NCBI GenBank assembly: GCA_963785305.1
Contig: CAWAUV010000009.1
Coordinates: forward strand, 477,762 to 541,761
Source of the DNA: an uncultured Planctomycetaceae bacterium
GTDB taxonomy: Bacteria; Planctomycetota; Planctomycetia; Pirellulales; PALSA-1355
DNA length: 64,000 nt
Direction: 5' to 3'
Shown here: in pieces, positions 43,702-56,192 of the stretch
Numbering within the stretch: the stretch's first letter is position 1
Layout: the number at the start of each line of letters is the position of its first letter
Made by a program: the position numbers and the translations under genes
The notes under the pieces: model-generated
What the model was told of the DNA's origin: nothing
The model's database searches: none
Seen by the model: only the letters and a program-made list of their open reading frames with translations

Positions 43702-46700
43702 TCATGCGTCTTCGGGCAGGCGGGTCGCGGCGCGGGCGACTGATTCGATACAGATCGCCGCCACGGCCGAGCCGTAGTCGAGATCGATGTTTTCCATCGT
43801 ATCGAAGCTGTCGTGATAGCCCTTGCGGTTGATGTCGTAGTTTTCCATGAAGAGCACGCAGGGAATGCCGGCGTCGGAAAATATTTGGCCGTCGGTGTTG
43901 TAGAGCGTGCTGTGCGGATCGTAAGTCACGCGCACTTCGCCGGTGAGTCGCGGATGCAGCGCCGCCTCGGGCACGGTCACGCCGTCTGGGCTTCGTCGGC
44001 CGCGCTGCCGCCGATCACCCTGGCGGTTCCAGATCGGCGCCGCGAGATTCCAGGCATGGGCGGCGCGGTGCGCCTCGCGGGCCAGCCACATCGATTGCCG
44101 CCCCTGGCCGGGGCACATCTGAAAAATGTCGGGATGGCGATCGTTGTTATGCGCGATCATGTCCATCACATAGAGCCCATCGATCCGCACCCCGCCGATG
44201 TTTTTGCCGCGTTTCGAGCCCGGGCGCGAGCTTCGAGCCGACCCTCGACGAGGCCCTGGGCCAAGTGCCGGGCGCCCATGCAGTCCGAGGGGAATTCTTC
44301 ACCCGTGAGGTGCACGAGCCAGATATCGCAGGCGAGCTCGCCGGCGCGGCTCATTTCGAGGTAGATCGGCGCGGCGAGCATCAGTGTGACGGTGGCCGAG
44401 TGGTTGTCGTCGGCGCCGGCGGCGGCAAGCCGGGGTCCGCCGCCGCCCTTGCCATAGCCGTAGTGATCTTCCATATACGCGGTGTCGTAATGATCGGCCA
44501 TGATGATCGCCCGCCGCCGATCACGGCCGGGAATCATCATGACCAAATCGCGTTCATAAGTCCTGCCGTCTTGATTGCTGAGCCAGCCGCCCTGCCAATG
44601 AAAATCGAAATCAGTGCGCAAGTAAACGGCAATTCGCCGGTCCACGGCTTGGCGTCGTTCTTCGCGGCGGCCGAGGGTTGCGAGCCCGGCTTTTTCTCGC
44701 GATTGCCGGGCTTGTCGCTTTTCGCTTCATGCGCGGCGATCAGCTTCTCATAGTAGGAGAGCAGATAATCGCCGAGCGCTTCGAGATCGCGATGCGAATG
44801 CGCTTGCTCTTGCCGGGTCGCGGGATCGAGCGCGCAATCGGCATTGTCTTTGTTGCGATATTTGCCCGCGGCGAGCGAGAGAATCGTCTTCCAGTATTTG
44901 GTCTCGAACGCGCGGCGAGCCGTGTGGCGATAGGTGAGCGACTCGGGCGCCGCGGGGTCGCTCTTCTGGGCATGGGACGAGGCACTGGCCGCGGCTTTCG
45001 ACGTCGACTTCGACTTCGTCTTCGTCGTCGACTTCGTGTGCGGGGCCGGGCCATCGGAGCTAAAGTCGATCAGCGCTTCGAGTTCACTCGCCAAGCGGTG
45101 CGCTTCCTCGACGCGCGGCGTGTTTCGCGGCAGCGCGGCCAGCCAATCGGCCACGGTTTCGTCATGCGGAATCGAAATCAGCGACCGCACGAACGACGCT
45201 TCGAGCGGCGCGCGAACCAGCCGCGCGGCTTCAAGCACTCGGCGCACATTGTTCGCGGTGCGGCGATAGAGCCCGGCATGATGTTCGTCTTGGGCTTCAT
45301 GGCGAAACAGACTCACCGCCAGCCGGCCCAACTCGCTCTCGGCCATGCGCGGCCAAAGTTCCACGGCGCGATTCGCGCGTGGCCGGCTCGCGTCGTAGGC
45401 GGTGAAGTAGCCGAGCGGGGCGCTTTCGATCCAAGTCGGTTGCCCTTTCTCCGACATGTAACCGACGAGCGGCCGGTGCCAATAGACTTCATTGCTGCCC
45501 ACGCGCATCGCGGGATACACGAATCGATAGCCAAACGATCCGCCCTCGGCAAGCGCGGCGGCGGCGCGGGCCAGGTCTTGCTTGCCGGCCCGGGGACCAT
45601 CGAGCAATGCTTGCATCCGACGAGTCCAAAGTTGCACATTGTGCGCCATCGGCTTGCCATACAGACCCAGGTCGTCGGGCTCGGTGCTGAAGAGCACATG
45701 CGCCATCTTGTCTTCGTGTTCGGTCAGCGAGATCTCGTCGTCGTGGCGATGCACTTTGGCCCAGCGATGGGTGCGGCGAAACGTATTGCGCAACGGACCC
45801 AGCTCCGCGTGCAATTCGGGCGCTTCGGGCGTCGGTTCATGGAGCCAGCCAGACTGCGGCACGCGCATCCCGCTGGGCGCCTCGTGTCGCTCGACCAGAT
45901 GCACGAGCGGAATTTGACTCGCGAGCGGCAACTTCTTTTCCAGCGCGAGATAATCGCCCGAGCCCCAGAAGCACATGCTGCCCGGAAAGGGCAACAAATG
46001 CAGCTCTCCCGCCATATAAGCCCGACGAATGGAAGGCGGCAATTCGGCAAACGGGCGAAAGGTGAGCAAGTATTTCAAATTCTTCGGCGCCCGAGCCGAA
46101 TGCAGTTCGAGCGCTCGCGCCCAGCCCGGTAATTTGGGCTCGCGCCAATGCTTCACGCTCGGGCGGGCCAGCGTGTCGTCGGCGGCCGGTAGAACGCGAA
46201 AGCCGGCGCGGGCCAAGTCGCCCAAGTGTTCGCCCGGTTCGCCATGGACTGTTTCAAGCAAGCGGCGGATGAAATCGGGCCCATGCGCGGAATCGGTTTC
46301 GACACGCGGCGCCATGAAAAAACTTTTCCAAAATGCGCGGCTCGGGCCCTGCTCGCTCGAACCGAAGAGCGTCCAGCGCACGCGGCCTTTGTCGTCTTGC
46401 GTTTTGGAGAGGGACAGTGGCAGCAGGGTTACATAACGCTCGTGCTTCGGAGTGCCGGCCGCCTGCAATTCTTCCGGCCAGTAAGGATTCCCGGCGAGTT
46501 TGGCTCGCGCGATGCCGTGCGCCGCTTCGCCGCGGCCAAGCCGCCAGAGCGATTTGAGAATCTGTTTGCCGACTTGCTCGAGGCCGGGCCGAAGCTCGAA
46601 CTGTTCTTCGTGTTCGGTGACGCGCCATCCCCAGGGATCGTCGTCGGCAAAGAGCTGCGAGTCGCGAACGCCATAGGCTTTCTCGCCCAGGCGGGGCGGC

Positions 46701-46795
46701 GGCATGAACTCGGAATAGGCTTCGATCGGATACGCGCCCGGGCCGCGACGCCAAGCGTCGCTCGCCAAAAGGAGTTTCCAACCCTCGTCGGCCAT
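43702..46795 (-). CDS. Large protein with C-terminal M28 metallopeptidase domain; frameshifts near 44640 and 44200
   Basis: MADHYDT, GADDNHS, TGEE, MDMI, TDG, YHDSFDT metal-binding motifs across three consecutive ORFs. Confidence 0.8.
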
Positions 46796-46932
46796 GATAA
46801 TCTCGAAGAGTTTAAGAAGGAACGCAAAGCCTGGGCCGCAATGTGGCGAGCTAGCTTACCATTTCATCGCCGCGCCTTGCAAAGGGCGCCGCGACGTGGC
46901 TGGGCCATGAACCCGATTCGAGGAGGTCCTTC

Positions 46933-47421
46933 GTGACCAGCGCGCTCGAGATGCGACCCACGCTGCCGGCCGACACGCCGGAATTGGTGCGAATGACCGC
47001 CGAAACCGGCGTCTTCAAGCCGCCGGAAATCCAGGCGCTCCAAGAAGTGCTCGACGATTACCATGAAGTGAATCGCGAGCATGGCCATATCTCGGTCACG
47101 GCGGAGCGCGACGGGCAAATCGTGGGCTTCGTCTATTACGCCCCGGCCGCCATGACCGATCGCACCTGGTATCTCTACTGGATCGCCGTGACCAAACGCA
47201 TCCAGGCCCGAGGCATCGGGGCCGCCATGCTCCGGCATGCCGAAGACGACATTCGCGGCCTCCGCGGGCGGTTGTTGCTGCTCGAAACCAGTTCGCTGCC
47301 GCACTATGAACTCACGCGCAAGTTTTATTCGAAACACAACTACGCCGAAGTCGTGCGCATTCCCGATTACTATGCGGCGGGCGACAGCATGGTGGTGTTC
47401 GGCAAGCGATTCGAGGGCTGA
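46933..47421 (+). CDS. GNAT family N-acetyltransferase
   Basis: LYWIAV...QARGIG acetyl-CoA motif, ETSS, TRKFY. Confidence 0.88.
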   Translation: MTSALEMRPTLPADTPELVRMTAETGVFKPPEIQALQEVLDDYHEVNREHGHISVTAERDGQIVGFVYYAPAAMTDRTWYLYWIAVTKRIQARGIGAAMLRHAEDDIRGLRGRLLLLETSSLPHYELTRKFYSKHNYAEVVRIPDYYAAGDSMVVFGKRFEG

Positions 47422-47618
47422 TGGGCCCTGTCCGGCGCCGAGACATTTTCGGCTTCCGCGGGGGCCATGCTCGGCCTTGCGCCAGGCAACCCACCGGCCC
47501 CTTCGAGCATTCGAGCATCGACGGCGAGAGTTGCGGTTGCTGCTTTCGGGGCAGGCAACTATGATACAGGCCCCTTGATTTCTCCCCAAAACGCCGAGGA
47601 ATTTCTACTCGGAAGCCG

Positions 47619-48722
47619 ATGTCGTTTTTAGCAATTTCGACGAACTGCTGGCTTCCCTGGGCCGAGTTGAATGTGCCCTCGGCGCCCCCCTGTTGGCTCG
47701 CGGCGCCGTGTCCCTTGGCCTCGCTCGCCGGCGTCGCGCCGTGGCATTGGTTGGCGTTCGCCGTGCTGGTGCTCGGACTTTTGACGCTCGATCTCTCGGT
47801 GTTTCACCGGCATTCCCGGGCGCCCACGATGCGCGAATCGGCCCGCTGGACCGTGGTGTGGTGCCTCCTGGCGCTCGCCTTCAACGCGTTTGTCTGGTGG
47901 TGGCGGGGGCCGATTCCCGGAGCGCAGTTTCTCACCGGCTATGTGCTCGAGTGGTCGCTTTCGATGGACAATGTGTTCATCTTCGCGGTGCTGCTCAACA
48001 AATATTTTCGCGTGCCGCTCGAATATCAGTATCGGCTGTTGTTTTGGGGCATCTTCGGCGCGATCGTCATGCGGCTGTGTTTCGTGCTGGTCGGCGCCGA
48101 GGCGCTCAAACTTTGGGACTGGATTTTGCCGGCGTTTGGAGTCATTCTGGTTTGGCAGGCCCTGAAGATGATGTTCGGCGGCGACCATGAGCCCGACCCC
48201 GAACGCACGATCGTCATGCGGGTTTGCCGGCGCTGGCTGCCGCTGGCCAAGGAAGACCACGGCGCGAGGTTCGTGGCGCGCGAAGGCGGGCGCCGGGTGG
48301 TCACGCCGCTGCTCTTGGTCTTGATCGTCATCGAATGGACCGATGTGGTGTTTGCGGTCGATAGCGTGCCGGCGATCTTTGGCGTCACGCGCGATCCGTT
48401 CATTGTGTTCACCTCCAATATTTTCGCCATTCTCGGATTGCGAGCGCTCTATTTCCTGCTGGCCGGCGCCACGGAAATGTTTCGCTTCTTGAAATATGGG
48501 CTCAGCGGGGTTCTGTTATTCATCGGCGGGGACATGATCGTGGAATATGTCGCCGAACAATTCCTTGATCGATCGCATGTCGTCTCGCAGACCATGTCGC
48601 TGGCGATAGTGCTCGGGCTGGTGGCGCTGTCGGTCGTGGCGTCGCTCGCGTGGCCCGCCAAGGAATCGAATGAAGATCGCGAGGAGTCGGCCGAGGAGCA
48701 TGGCAAGGACGCGACTTCGTGA
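47619..48722 (+). CDS. TerC/Alx family membrane protein
   Basis: EWSLSMDNVFIF, LFWGIFGAIVMR, DVVFAVDSVPAI, TSNIFAILGLRALYF; start uncertain. Confidence 0.92.
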   Translation: MSFLAISTNCWLPWAELNVPSAPPCWLAAPCPLASLAGVAPWHWLAFAVLVLGLLTLDLSVFHRHSRAPTMRESARWTVVWCLLALAFNAFVWWWRGPIPGAQFLTGYVLEWSLSMDNVFIFAVLLNKYFRVPLEYQYRLLFWGIFGAIVMRLCFVLVGAEALKLWDWILPAFGVILVWQALKMMFGGDHEPDPERTIVMRVCRRWLPLAKEDHGARFVAREGGRRVVTPLLLVLIVIEWTDVVFAVDSVPAIFGVTRDPFIVFTSNIFAILGLRALYFLLAGATEMFRFLKYGLSGVLLFIGGDMIVEYVAEQFLDRSHVVSQTMSLAIVLGLVALSVVASLAWPAKESNEDREESAEEHGKDATS

Positions 48723-48796
48723 GTGATCGGAGCGGCGTGGCGTGGGGCGGCGCCCGTGGGCGACTTTCAGGTTGAATTTCGAAACATGGCTCGAAC

Positions 48797-49800
48797 GTGA
48801 AACACGCGCTCATCACCGGCGGGGCAGGATTCATCGGCAGCCACTTGGCCGAATGTTTGCTCGCGCCGATTATCGTGTCACGGTGGTCGACGATGAATCG
48901 ACCGGCAGCCAAGAGAATCTCGCTTCGATTCGCGATCACTTCAATTTTTCGTTCGTCGCCGGCTCCGTGGCCGATAAGGGGCTCGTGCGCCGGCTGCTGA
49001 CCGATGTCGACGAAGTGTACCACTTGGCCGCGGCCGTGGGGGTGCAACTGATCTCGACCGCGCCGATCCACACCATCGAAACCAATATCTACCCCACCGA
49101 GCTATTGCTGAGCGAACTGCTCCGCCGGGCTCGGGCAGGGCAACCCGCGAAGCTCTTTCTCGCCAGCTCAAGCGAAGTCTACGGCAAGAATCCCAAGCCG
49201 GCGTGGAACGAGGAAGACGATCTCCATTTCGGCCCCACCTCGAAGCCGCGCTGGGCCTATGGCGCCTCGAAAGCGATCGATGAATTTCTCGCCCTGGCCT
49301 ATCACAAGGAGCACAGCCTGCCGATCGTGATCGGCCGCTTCTTCAATGTCGTGGGGCCGCGGCAAAGCGGGCGATATGGAATGGTGCTGCCGCGATTCGT
49401 CGAAGCCGCCCTGCTCGGCTTGCCGCTCACGGTGCATGAAGATGGTTTGCAGACGCGCTGCTTTTGCCATGTGCTCGATGTGTGCAAGGCAATCATCGCG
49501 CTCATGGACAACCCGTCGGCCAATGCCCGCATCTTCAACATCGGCAGCGACGAACCGGTGACGATTCTCGACCTTGCGAAGCGAGTGCTCGCGGCGACTC
49601 GCGCCGGCCAAGGCTCGATCGAGTTTCAAAGCTATGCCGACGCGTACGACGCGAGCTTCGAGGATGTGCGCAATCGGGTGCCCGACCTTTCGCGCATTCG
49701 AGTCGAGATCGGCTTCGAGCCTTCGTACACGCTCGATGCCGTCATTGCGGAAGTGGTCGGCTACACGCGCGCCCAACTCCGCCGCCAGCAGGAACGCTGA
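48797..49800 (+). CDS. NAD-dependent epimerase/dehydratase; frameshift near 48865
   Basis: ITGGAGFIGSHL, HLAAAVGV, SSSEVYGK, YGASK, RFFNVVGPRQ. Confidence 0.9.
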
Positions 49801-49960
49801 GCCTCGCCGGCTCAGCACGGACCAAAAAACTTCTCGACAAACCTCGCTCCCCTTGGAAGAAGGATAGGGCAAGGGGCGATCGATTCAGGAAGCTATTTTT
49901 GGTTCGCGGCCAAGAACCCCACGCGTCCTTACCCGCCCTGTGTTAAAACTCCCGTCGTAC

Positions 49961-50088
49961 TTCCGTGTCGTTTTCCGTGTTTATCCGTGGCCGCGAAACT
50001 ATCCCGTGCCCAATGCTACGCGGCCTATCCGCATGCCCGCGAAAAAGATCGGCGGAGCAGCCACGGAAGAACACTGAAAAACACGGAA
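49961..50088. repeat. Inverted pair of (ttccgtg)n REP-like repeats
   Basis: ttccgtgtcgttttccgtgtttatccgtggc vs gccacggaagaacactgaaaaacacggaa, between convergent genes. Confidence 0.6.
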
Positions 50089-50202
50089 TGAATCGATGCC
50101 AGCGAAAGGAGGATCAAACTCAGGAACCGATTATGGGAGTTCCGCGAGAGGCGAGACTATTTCGCGCCCGGCGGCGGCCTTATGCGCCGACCTATTTGCC
50201 AG

Positions 50203-52857
50203 TCAGCGCTGTTTCGGGGCGCGGGATAATACGAACTCGCCATCGGCGTAGTCGACCAGCACCGTGTCGCCTTCGCCGTAGTTCGCTCGCAGCAGTTCCG
50301 TCGCCAGCGGGTTTTGAATTCGCTGTTGGATCACGCGCTTCAGCGGCCGGGCGCCATAGCTCGGGTCGTAGCCCTCGGCGGCCACGGCGTCGAGCGCGGC
50401 GGGCGTCACCTTAAGCGATAGGCCGTTTTGGGCCAGTTGCTTCTCCAGCGATTCAAGCTGCAATCGGGCGATCCGGTGGACCTGCGTCTTGTTGAGCGGG
50501 TGAAACACGATCGTCTCGTCGATCCGGTTCAGGAATTCGGGCAAAAATCGCTCTTGGAGCGAGGCCTTTACCGCCTCGCGCACTTCTTCCTGACTGCCGC
50601 CTTCTTGCGAAATCTGCTGGATCAACTGGCTGCCGATGTTCGAGGTCATCACGATGATCGTATTGGTGAAGTCCACCGTGCGACCGTGGCTGTCCGTCAG
50701 GCGGCCATCGTCGAGCACTTGCAAGAGAATATTGAACACATCGCGATGGGCCTTCTCGATCTCGTCGAGCAGCACCACGCTGTAGGGCCGGCGCCGCACT
50801 GCTTCGGTCAGCCGGCCGCCTTCTTCATAGCCCACATAGCCCGGCGGGGCGCCGATCAGCCGGCTCACCGAATGGCGCTCCATGAATTCGCTCATGTCCA
50901 CGCGGACCATCGCATTCTGGTCGTCGAACAGCACTTCGGCCAGCGCCTTGCACAGCTCGGTTTTGCCGACGCCCGTTGGACCGAGAAAGATAAACGAGCC
51001 GATCGGGCGGTTCGGGTCTTGTAGGCCCGAGCGGCTGCGGCGCACGGCGTTGGACACCGCGGCCACGGCCTCGTCTTGCCCAACGACGCGCTGATGCAGT
51101 CGCTCCTCGAGCACCAGGAGCTTGGCCCGCTCGGTTTCGAGCATGCGCGTGACGGGAATTCCGGTCCAGGCGCTGACGACTTCGGCGATTTCCTCGGGGC
51201 CCACCTCGCGTCGCAGCAAGCGGCGGCCCGTGGCGGCGCGTTCGACGGTTTGTTCGCGATCGGTCGCTTCGGCGTCGAGCCGCGAGACGAGTTTCTTGCG
51301 CTCGGTGTCGAGTTCATAGAGCTTTTGATAATCGGCCTCGGGCACCATGACTCCGGAAGCTTGTTTCTCCTTGATCGCCGTGCCGAGCTGCTGGAACTGA
51401 TGTTCGATCGCGTCGATCTTCTTGCGAGTCTCTTGCACATCGCCCATGCCGAGCTTTTCGGCTTCCCACTGTTCGCGGAGGCTGGCGAGCTTGTGGCGGA
51501 GCGATTTCATTTCGTCTTGAATTTCCTCGCGGCGAGCAAGCGCGTGTTCCTCGGTCTCTTCGGCGAGTTGACGATCGGCGAGTTCGAGCTGAGTGATGCG
51601 GCGCTGCACTTCGTCGATCTCGCTGGGCACGCTTTCGAGCTCCATCGCCAACCGGCTGGTGGCCTCGTCCATGAGGTCGATCGCCTTGTCGGGCAGGAAC
51701 CGATCGGTGATATAGCGCTGCGAGAGCTTGGCCGCCGCCACGAGGGCCGAATCCTTGATCTTGACGCCCTTATGGTGGGCTTCATAGCGCGGCTTGAGGC
51801 CGCGGAGGATCGCGATCGTGTCGTCGACCGACGGCTCGCCGACGAAGACGGGTTGAAAACGGCGCTCGAGCGCGGCGTCTTTTTCAATGTACTTGCGATA
51901 TTCGTCGAGCGTCGTGGCGCCTATGCAGCGCAGCTCGCCGCGGGCCAAGGCCGGCTTGAGCAGGTTCGCGGCGTCGTTGCCGCCCTCGGCCGCGCCGGCG
52001 CCCACGACAGTGTGCAGTTCGTCGATAAAAAGAATCACGGCGCCCGCGGCGGCCTCGACTTCCTTGAGCACCGCTTTGAGCCGTTCCTCGAACTCGCCGC
52101 GATACTTGGCGCCGGCAATGAGGGCGCCCATGTCGAGCGAGATCACTCGCTTGTTCTTGAGGCTCTGCGGCACGTCGCCTTGCACGATGCGGAGCGCGAG
52201 GCCCTCGGCGATGGCGGTCTTGCCGACGCCTGGTTCGCCGATCAGCACCGGATTGTTCTTGGTGCGCCGCGAGAGCACCTGGATCACGCGGCGAATTTCC
52301 TGGTCGCGGCCAATCACTGGATCGAGCTTGCCCTTGCTAGCCCGTTCGACGAGATCGATGCCGTAGCGCTCGAGAGCTTGGAATTTGTCCTCCGGATTCT
52401 GATCCGTGACTCGGGCGCTTCCGCGCACCGTCTGCAGGGCCTTGAGCAGATCGGGCTCGGAGATGGCGTTGAGCTTGAGCAGATTCTTGGCCTTGGTGTC
52501 GACCGTGGCCAAGGCTAGGAGCAGATGTTCGGTCGAGACGAACTCGTCTTTCATCGCCGCGGCCTGCTGCTGGGCGTTTTCGAGCACCTTATTAAGGCTT
52601 TCGCCAAGCTGCGGGGCGGCGGCGCCGGAGGCCCGCGGCAGATGGCCGAGCTCGGCAGTGACGATCTGCTCGAGCTGCGCGCAGTTGGCGCCGATTTTAT
52701 CGAGCAACGGCCGCACGACGCCGTCGGTCTCGGTGAGCAGGCCCGCGAGCAGGTGCAGGGCCTCGATCTGCGGATTGCCCCGATCGGCGGCAATGCCTTG
52801 GGCTCGCTGCACCGCCTCTTGGGCCTTGATCGTGAACTTATCGAATCGAATCGCCAT
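50203..52857 (-). CDS. clpB: ATP-dependent chaperone ClpB
   Basis: Two AAA modules ([17 protein letters not shown]), KLDPVIGRD, coiled-coil middle domain, YGARPLKR. Confidence 0.97.
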   Translation of the reverse strand: MAIRFDKFTIKAQEAVQRAQGIAADRGNPQIEALHLLAGLLTETDGVVRPLLDKIGANCAQLEQIVTAELGHLPRASGAAAPQLGESLNKVLENAQQQAAAMKDEFVSTEHLLLALATVDTKAKNLLKLNAISEPDLLKALQTVRGSARVTDQNPEDKFQALERYGIDLVERASKGKLDPVIGRDQEIRRVIQVLSRRTKNNPVLIGEPGVGKTAIAEGLALRIVQGDVPQSLKNKRVISLDMGALIAGAKYRGEFEERLKAVLKEVEAAAGAVILFIDELHTVVGAGAAEGGNDAANLLKPALARGELRCIGATTLDEYRKYIEKDAALERRFQPVFVGEPSVDDTIAILRGLKPRYEAHHKGVKIKDSALVAAAKLSQRYITDRFLPDKAIDLMDEATSRLAMELESVPSEIDEVQRRITQLELADRQLAEETEEHALARREEIQDEMKSLRHKLASLREQWEAEKLGMGDVQETRKKIDAIEHQFQQLGTAIKEKQASGVMVPEADYQKLYELDTERKKLVSRLDAEATDREQTVERAATGRRLLRREVGPEEIAEVVSAWTGIPVTRMLETERAKLLVLEERLHQRVVGQDEAVAAVSNAVRRSRSGLQDPNRPIGSFIFLGPTGVGKTELCKALAEVLFDDQNAMVRVDMSEFMERHSVSRLIGAPPGYVGYEEGGRLTEAVRRRPYSVVLLDEIEKAHRDVFNILLQVLDDGRLTDSHGRTVDFTNTIIVMTSNIGSQLIQQISQEGGSQEEVREAVKASLQERFLPEFLNRIDETIVFHPLNKTQVHRIARLQLESLEKQLAQNGLSLKVTPAALDAVAAEGYDPSYGARPLKRVIQQRIQNPLATELLRANYGEGDTVLVDYADGEFVLSRAPKQR

Positions 52858-52882
52858 GTTTTGGGCTCCTAGAACCGGCTCG

Positions 52883-53519
52883 TCAGGGCGCGAATGGCCG
52901 AGGCGATTGCGCGAGGACTCGCCGGGTGAGTTGCGGGCGTCCACCGTCCGCGATGAATCGTCTTAATTGTGGGTCCTGCGAAAAACGCTCCGCAAGCTCG
53001 GTCGCCCATTGAATCTCTTGGAAATAAAATCGTTCGATCGCATCGGCGCCCCATCGAACATGCGCGTCGGTCCACCGCGGGCTGGTCCGCGACGACGAGA
53101 CCGGGCAAACCGACGCTTTGTCAAGCAGGCCCCGCCACGTCGACCGCTGAAACGTGCGATGGCTCGGAGGAACAAATAACAATGGGCGCTCGAAATGAGC
53201 GAGTTCATCGCCATAGCGAAGCCGTTGCTGAATCGTGGTCGCGAAGCCCCTTTCGATCGCCATCCAACCTCGCCCTTGGCGGAGGGCAGCTGGCGTGAGG
53301 AAATAGACGATGTGTCGCGACCGAAGCAATTCCTCTTTAATTGCCTCGAACGGTTCGCGCCTCGGGGTAATGGTGCTGGTCGACCCACGGCACGACGCCA
53401 CGGCGCACAAGCTCATCGAAGATCGGCAGAACTAACAGTTCGCGATCTTCTTGGCAGTGCGAAAGAAAAACGTGCCACTCCACTTCCGGCCAGTAGCGAA
53501 TTTGCCATTCGGCCGGCAT
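52883..53519 (-). CDS. TIR-domain protein; frameshift near 53360
   Basis: [10 protein letters not shown]...[11 protein letters not shown] (first frame), then [17 protein letters not shown]...WMAIE (WxxxE). Confidence 0.75.
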
Positions 53520-53556
53520 TGCGAGCGCCCCTATGTCGAGTTCGATCCCGCAGCGC

Positions 53557-53880
53557 TTATTCCACGGGTGGAGGCGAAAACGGCGGCACCTTAGGCGTCG
53601 GTGGCGCCTCAGCGCCCGTCAATCCCGCGATCATCTCTTCCCCGATTTTCGTTGGATGCACGAAAAACCGATTTTTGATCGTCACGGCGCCGCCTTGCTC
53701 CATGTTTTCGCAGGCGGCAACGATCTCGCCCATCGAATACTTCGACTCCAACGCCCCAAACAGAGTTTGGTACGCAAGTCCCCATCCCACTCTGCGCGAG
53801 GGTTCCACATCGGGAAACGCCGAAAGGATCTCTCGGTAGATTTCCGGCAGCGTGTTGAGATACTCGCTTGAAATCGACAT
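53557..53880 (-). CDS. Hypothetical 107-aa protein, possible winged helix
   Basis: Intact ORF just downstream of the dnaK stop; helix-helix-beta hairpin-PTKIG pattern. Confidence 0.65.
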   Translation of the reverse strand: MSISSEYLNTLPEIYREILSAFPDVEPSRRVGWGLAYQTLFGALESKYSMGEIVAACENMEQGGAVTIKNRFFVHPTKIGEEMIAGLTGAEAPPTPKVPPFSPPPVE

Positions 53881-53905
53881 GGCACGCGGGCCCCCGAGTC
53901 GCCGA

Positions 53906-55813
53906 TCACTTATCCTTCACTTCGAACTCCGCGTCGATCGCGTCGTCGTCGCTGGTCTTGGCGCCGGGGGCCGCGCCGCCGGGGGCCGCGCCGGTTTCGG
54001 GCTTGGCGCCCGATTCGTAGAGCGATTTGCTCATGGCGTGCGAAGCTTGCTCGAGTTCGGTGATGGCCGACTTGAGCGCGTCGGCATTGTCGCCCTTGGC
54101 AACTTCGCGCGTCTTCTTGATCGCTTCCTCGATCGGCCCGCGGTCGCTGGGCTTGATCTTCTCGCCTTGCTCCTTCATGAGCTTTTCGAGCTGAAAGCAC
54201 ATCGACTCGGCTTGGTTGCGATACTCGGCCAGTTGGCGCTTCTTCTTGTCGGCGTCGGCGTTGAGCTCGGCTTCCTTGCGCATTTCCTCGATCTTGCCTT
54301 CCGAAAGGCCGCTCGACTGCTCGATGCGCACCGTTTGCTCCTTGCCGGTCCCCAGGTCCTTGGCCGACACTTTGAGAATGCCGTTGGCGTCGATGTCGAA
54401 CTTGACTTCGATCTGCGGCATGCCGCGCGGCGCCGGCGGAATACCCTCGAGGTTGAATTGGCCGAGCAGGCGGTTGTCGGAGGCCATTTCGCGCTCGCCT
54501 TGAAACACGCGGATCGTCACGGCCGTTTGATTGTCGTCGGCCGTGCTGAAGGTTTGCTTGCTTTCCTTGGGAATCGTGGTGTTGCGCTCGACGAGCTTGG
54601 TCATCACTCCGCCCAGGGTTTCGATGCCCAAGCTCAGCGGCGTCACGTCCAAGAGCAGCACATCTTGCACCTCGCCCGCCAGCACGCCACCTTGAATCGC
54701 GGCGCCGATCGCCACCACTTCGTCGGGATTGACGCCCTTGTGCGGCTCCTTGCCGAAAATCTTCTGCACGAGCTCCTGCACCTTGGGAATGCGCGTCGAG
54801 CCGCCGACCAACACCACCTCGTCGATATCCTTGGGTTCGAGCTTGGCGTCCTTGAGCGCTCGCAAGAGGGGCTCGCGGCAACGCTCGAACAGCGGGTCGA
54901 CCAGTTGCTCGAACTTCGAGCGGCTGATGCTCACTTGCAAGTGCTTCGGCCCCGACGCGTCGGCGGTGATGAACGGCAGATTGATATCGGTCGAACTGGC
55001 AAGGCTCAGTTCTTTCTTGGCCTTCTCGCAGGCTTCCTGCAGCCGCTGAAGGGCCATCGTGTCCTTGCGCAGGTCGATGCCCTGCTCTTTCTTGAATTCG
55101 TCGGCCACGTAGTTGATGAGCATGGCGTCGAAATCGTCGCCGCCCAGATGCGTGTCGCCGTTGGTGCTGATCACGCGGAAGACGCCTTCGGCCACCTCGA
55201 GCACCGACACGTCGAACGTGCCGCCGCCGAGGTCGAACACCACGATCTTTTCTTGCTCCTTGCGATCGAGTCCATAAGCGAGCGCGGCCGCCGTCGGCTC
55301 GTTGATGATGCGGGCCACTTCCAGGCCGGCGATCTGGCCGGCGTCTTTCGTTGCCTGTCGCTGGGCGTCGTTGAAATAGGCCGGCACCGTGATGACGGCT
55401 TTGTTCACCTTGTGGCCCAGATACGACTCGGCCGCTTCCTTGAGCTTGCGGAGAATCTTGGCCGAAATTTCAGGCGGAGTCAGTTCCTTGTCGCCCGAGC
55501 GGACCTTCACATAGTCGCTCGCGCCGCCGACGACTTCGTAGGGCACCATCTTTTCTTCAGAGGCTACTTCGCCATGGCGCCGGCCCATGAATCGCTTGAT
55601 CGAATACACGGTGCGCTTGGGGTTGGTCACCGCCTGGCGCCGGGCCAAATCGCCCACGAGCACATCGCCCTTATCGGTAAACGCCACGACGCTCGGCGTG
55701 AGTCGATTGCCTTCTTGATTCGGAATGACTTTGCCTTCTTTGCCTTCCATCACGGCGACCACCGAGTTGGTCGTGCCGAGATCGATGCCGATGATCTTTT
55801 CGCCTTTGGACAT
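53906..55813 (-). CDS. dnaK: Chaperone DnaK
   Basis: [52 protein letters not shown] tail. Confidence 0.98.
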   Translation of the reverse strand: MSKGEKIIGIDLGTTNSVVAVMEGKEGKVIPNQEGNRLTPSVVAFTDKGDVLVGDLARRQAVTNPKRTVYSIKRFMGRRHGEVASEEKMVPYEVVGGASDYVKVRSGDKELTPPEISAKILRKLKEAAESYLGHKVNKAVITVPAYFNDAQRQATKDAGQIAGLEVARIINEPTAAALAYGLDRKEQEKIVVFDLGGGTFDVSVLEVAEGVFRVISTNGDTHLGGDDFDAMLINYVADEFKKEQGIDLRKDTMALQRLQEACEKAKKELSLASSTDINLPFITADASGPKHLQVSISRSKFEQLVDPLFERCREPLLRALKDAKLEPKDIDEVVLVGGSTRIPKVQELVQKIFGKEPHKGVNPDEVVAIGAAIQGGVLAGEVQDVLLLDVTPLSLGIETLGGVMTKLVERNTTIPKESKQTFSTADDNQTAVTIRVFQGEREMASDNRLLGQFNLEGIPPAPRGMPQIEVKFDIDANGILKVSAKDLGTGKEQTVRIEQSSGLSEGKIEEMRKEAELNADADKKKRQLAEYRNQAESMCFQLEKLMKEQGEKIKPSDRGPIEEAIKKTREVAKGDNADALKSAITELEQASHAMSKSLYESGAKPETGAAPGGAAPGAKTSDDDAIDAEFEVKDK

Positions 55814-56022
55814 GAATGTTTTCCTTGTGGTGCGGGCGCCGGCGAAGGGGAGACGGAGATGAGCTGTGGCCGGCTGGTTTTATGGGGACTGGTTTTTCCG
55901 TGTTCGGTTTTCAGTTTTAAGTTAGCGAGGTTTACACTCGGACCAGAAGCATCGCCGCTCCAGTATGAGCATGCTCCGCGTTGGCAGAGCCCGAGGCTGC
56001 GCCGCTGAAGGGAAGGACGGAA

Positions 56023-56039
56023 AGCAAAGGCTATGCCGA
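56023..56039 (-). promoter_or_regulatory. Candidate sigma54 (-24/-12) promoter for dnaK
   Basis: Minus strand TCGGCATAGCCTTTGCT has GG-N10-GC spacing and matches the consensus YTGGCAC-N-TTGC loosely. Confidence 0.5.
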
Positions 56040-56192
56040 TCGCGCCAAGACATTTGGTCGAGCAATCGCAAGGTATTTGAAGACAATGACTTGCGGATTT
56101 ATCTCGGGAGGAATTGCGGGGTAGGCTCGCCCGAATTGCGGCTCCCTGCCTGCCTTTTTGACCAAGACCGCACACTGGCTTCGGAGTGCGAC

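Noticed and set aside
53852..56008. Long antisense ORFs opposite dnaK, the sigma factor gene, clpB, kdgK and the RTs
   Set aside because: Shadow ORFs typical of high-GC codon usage, with no recognisable motifs.
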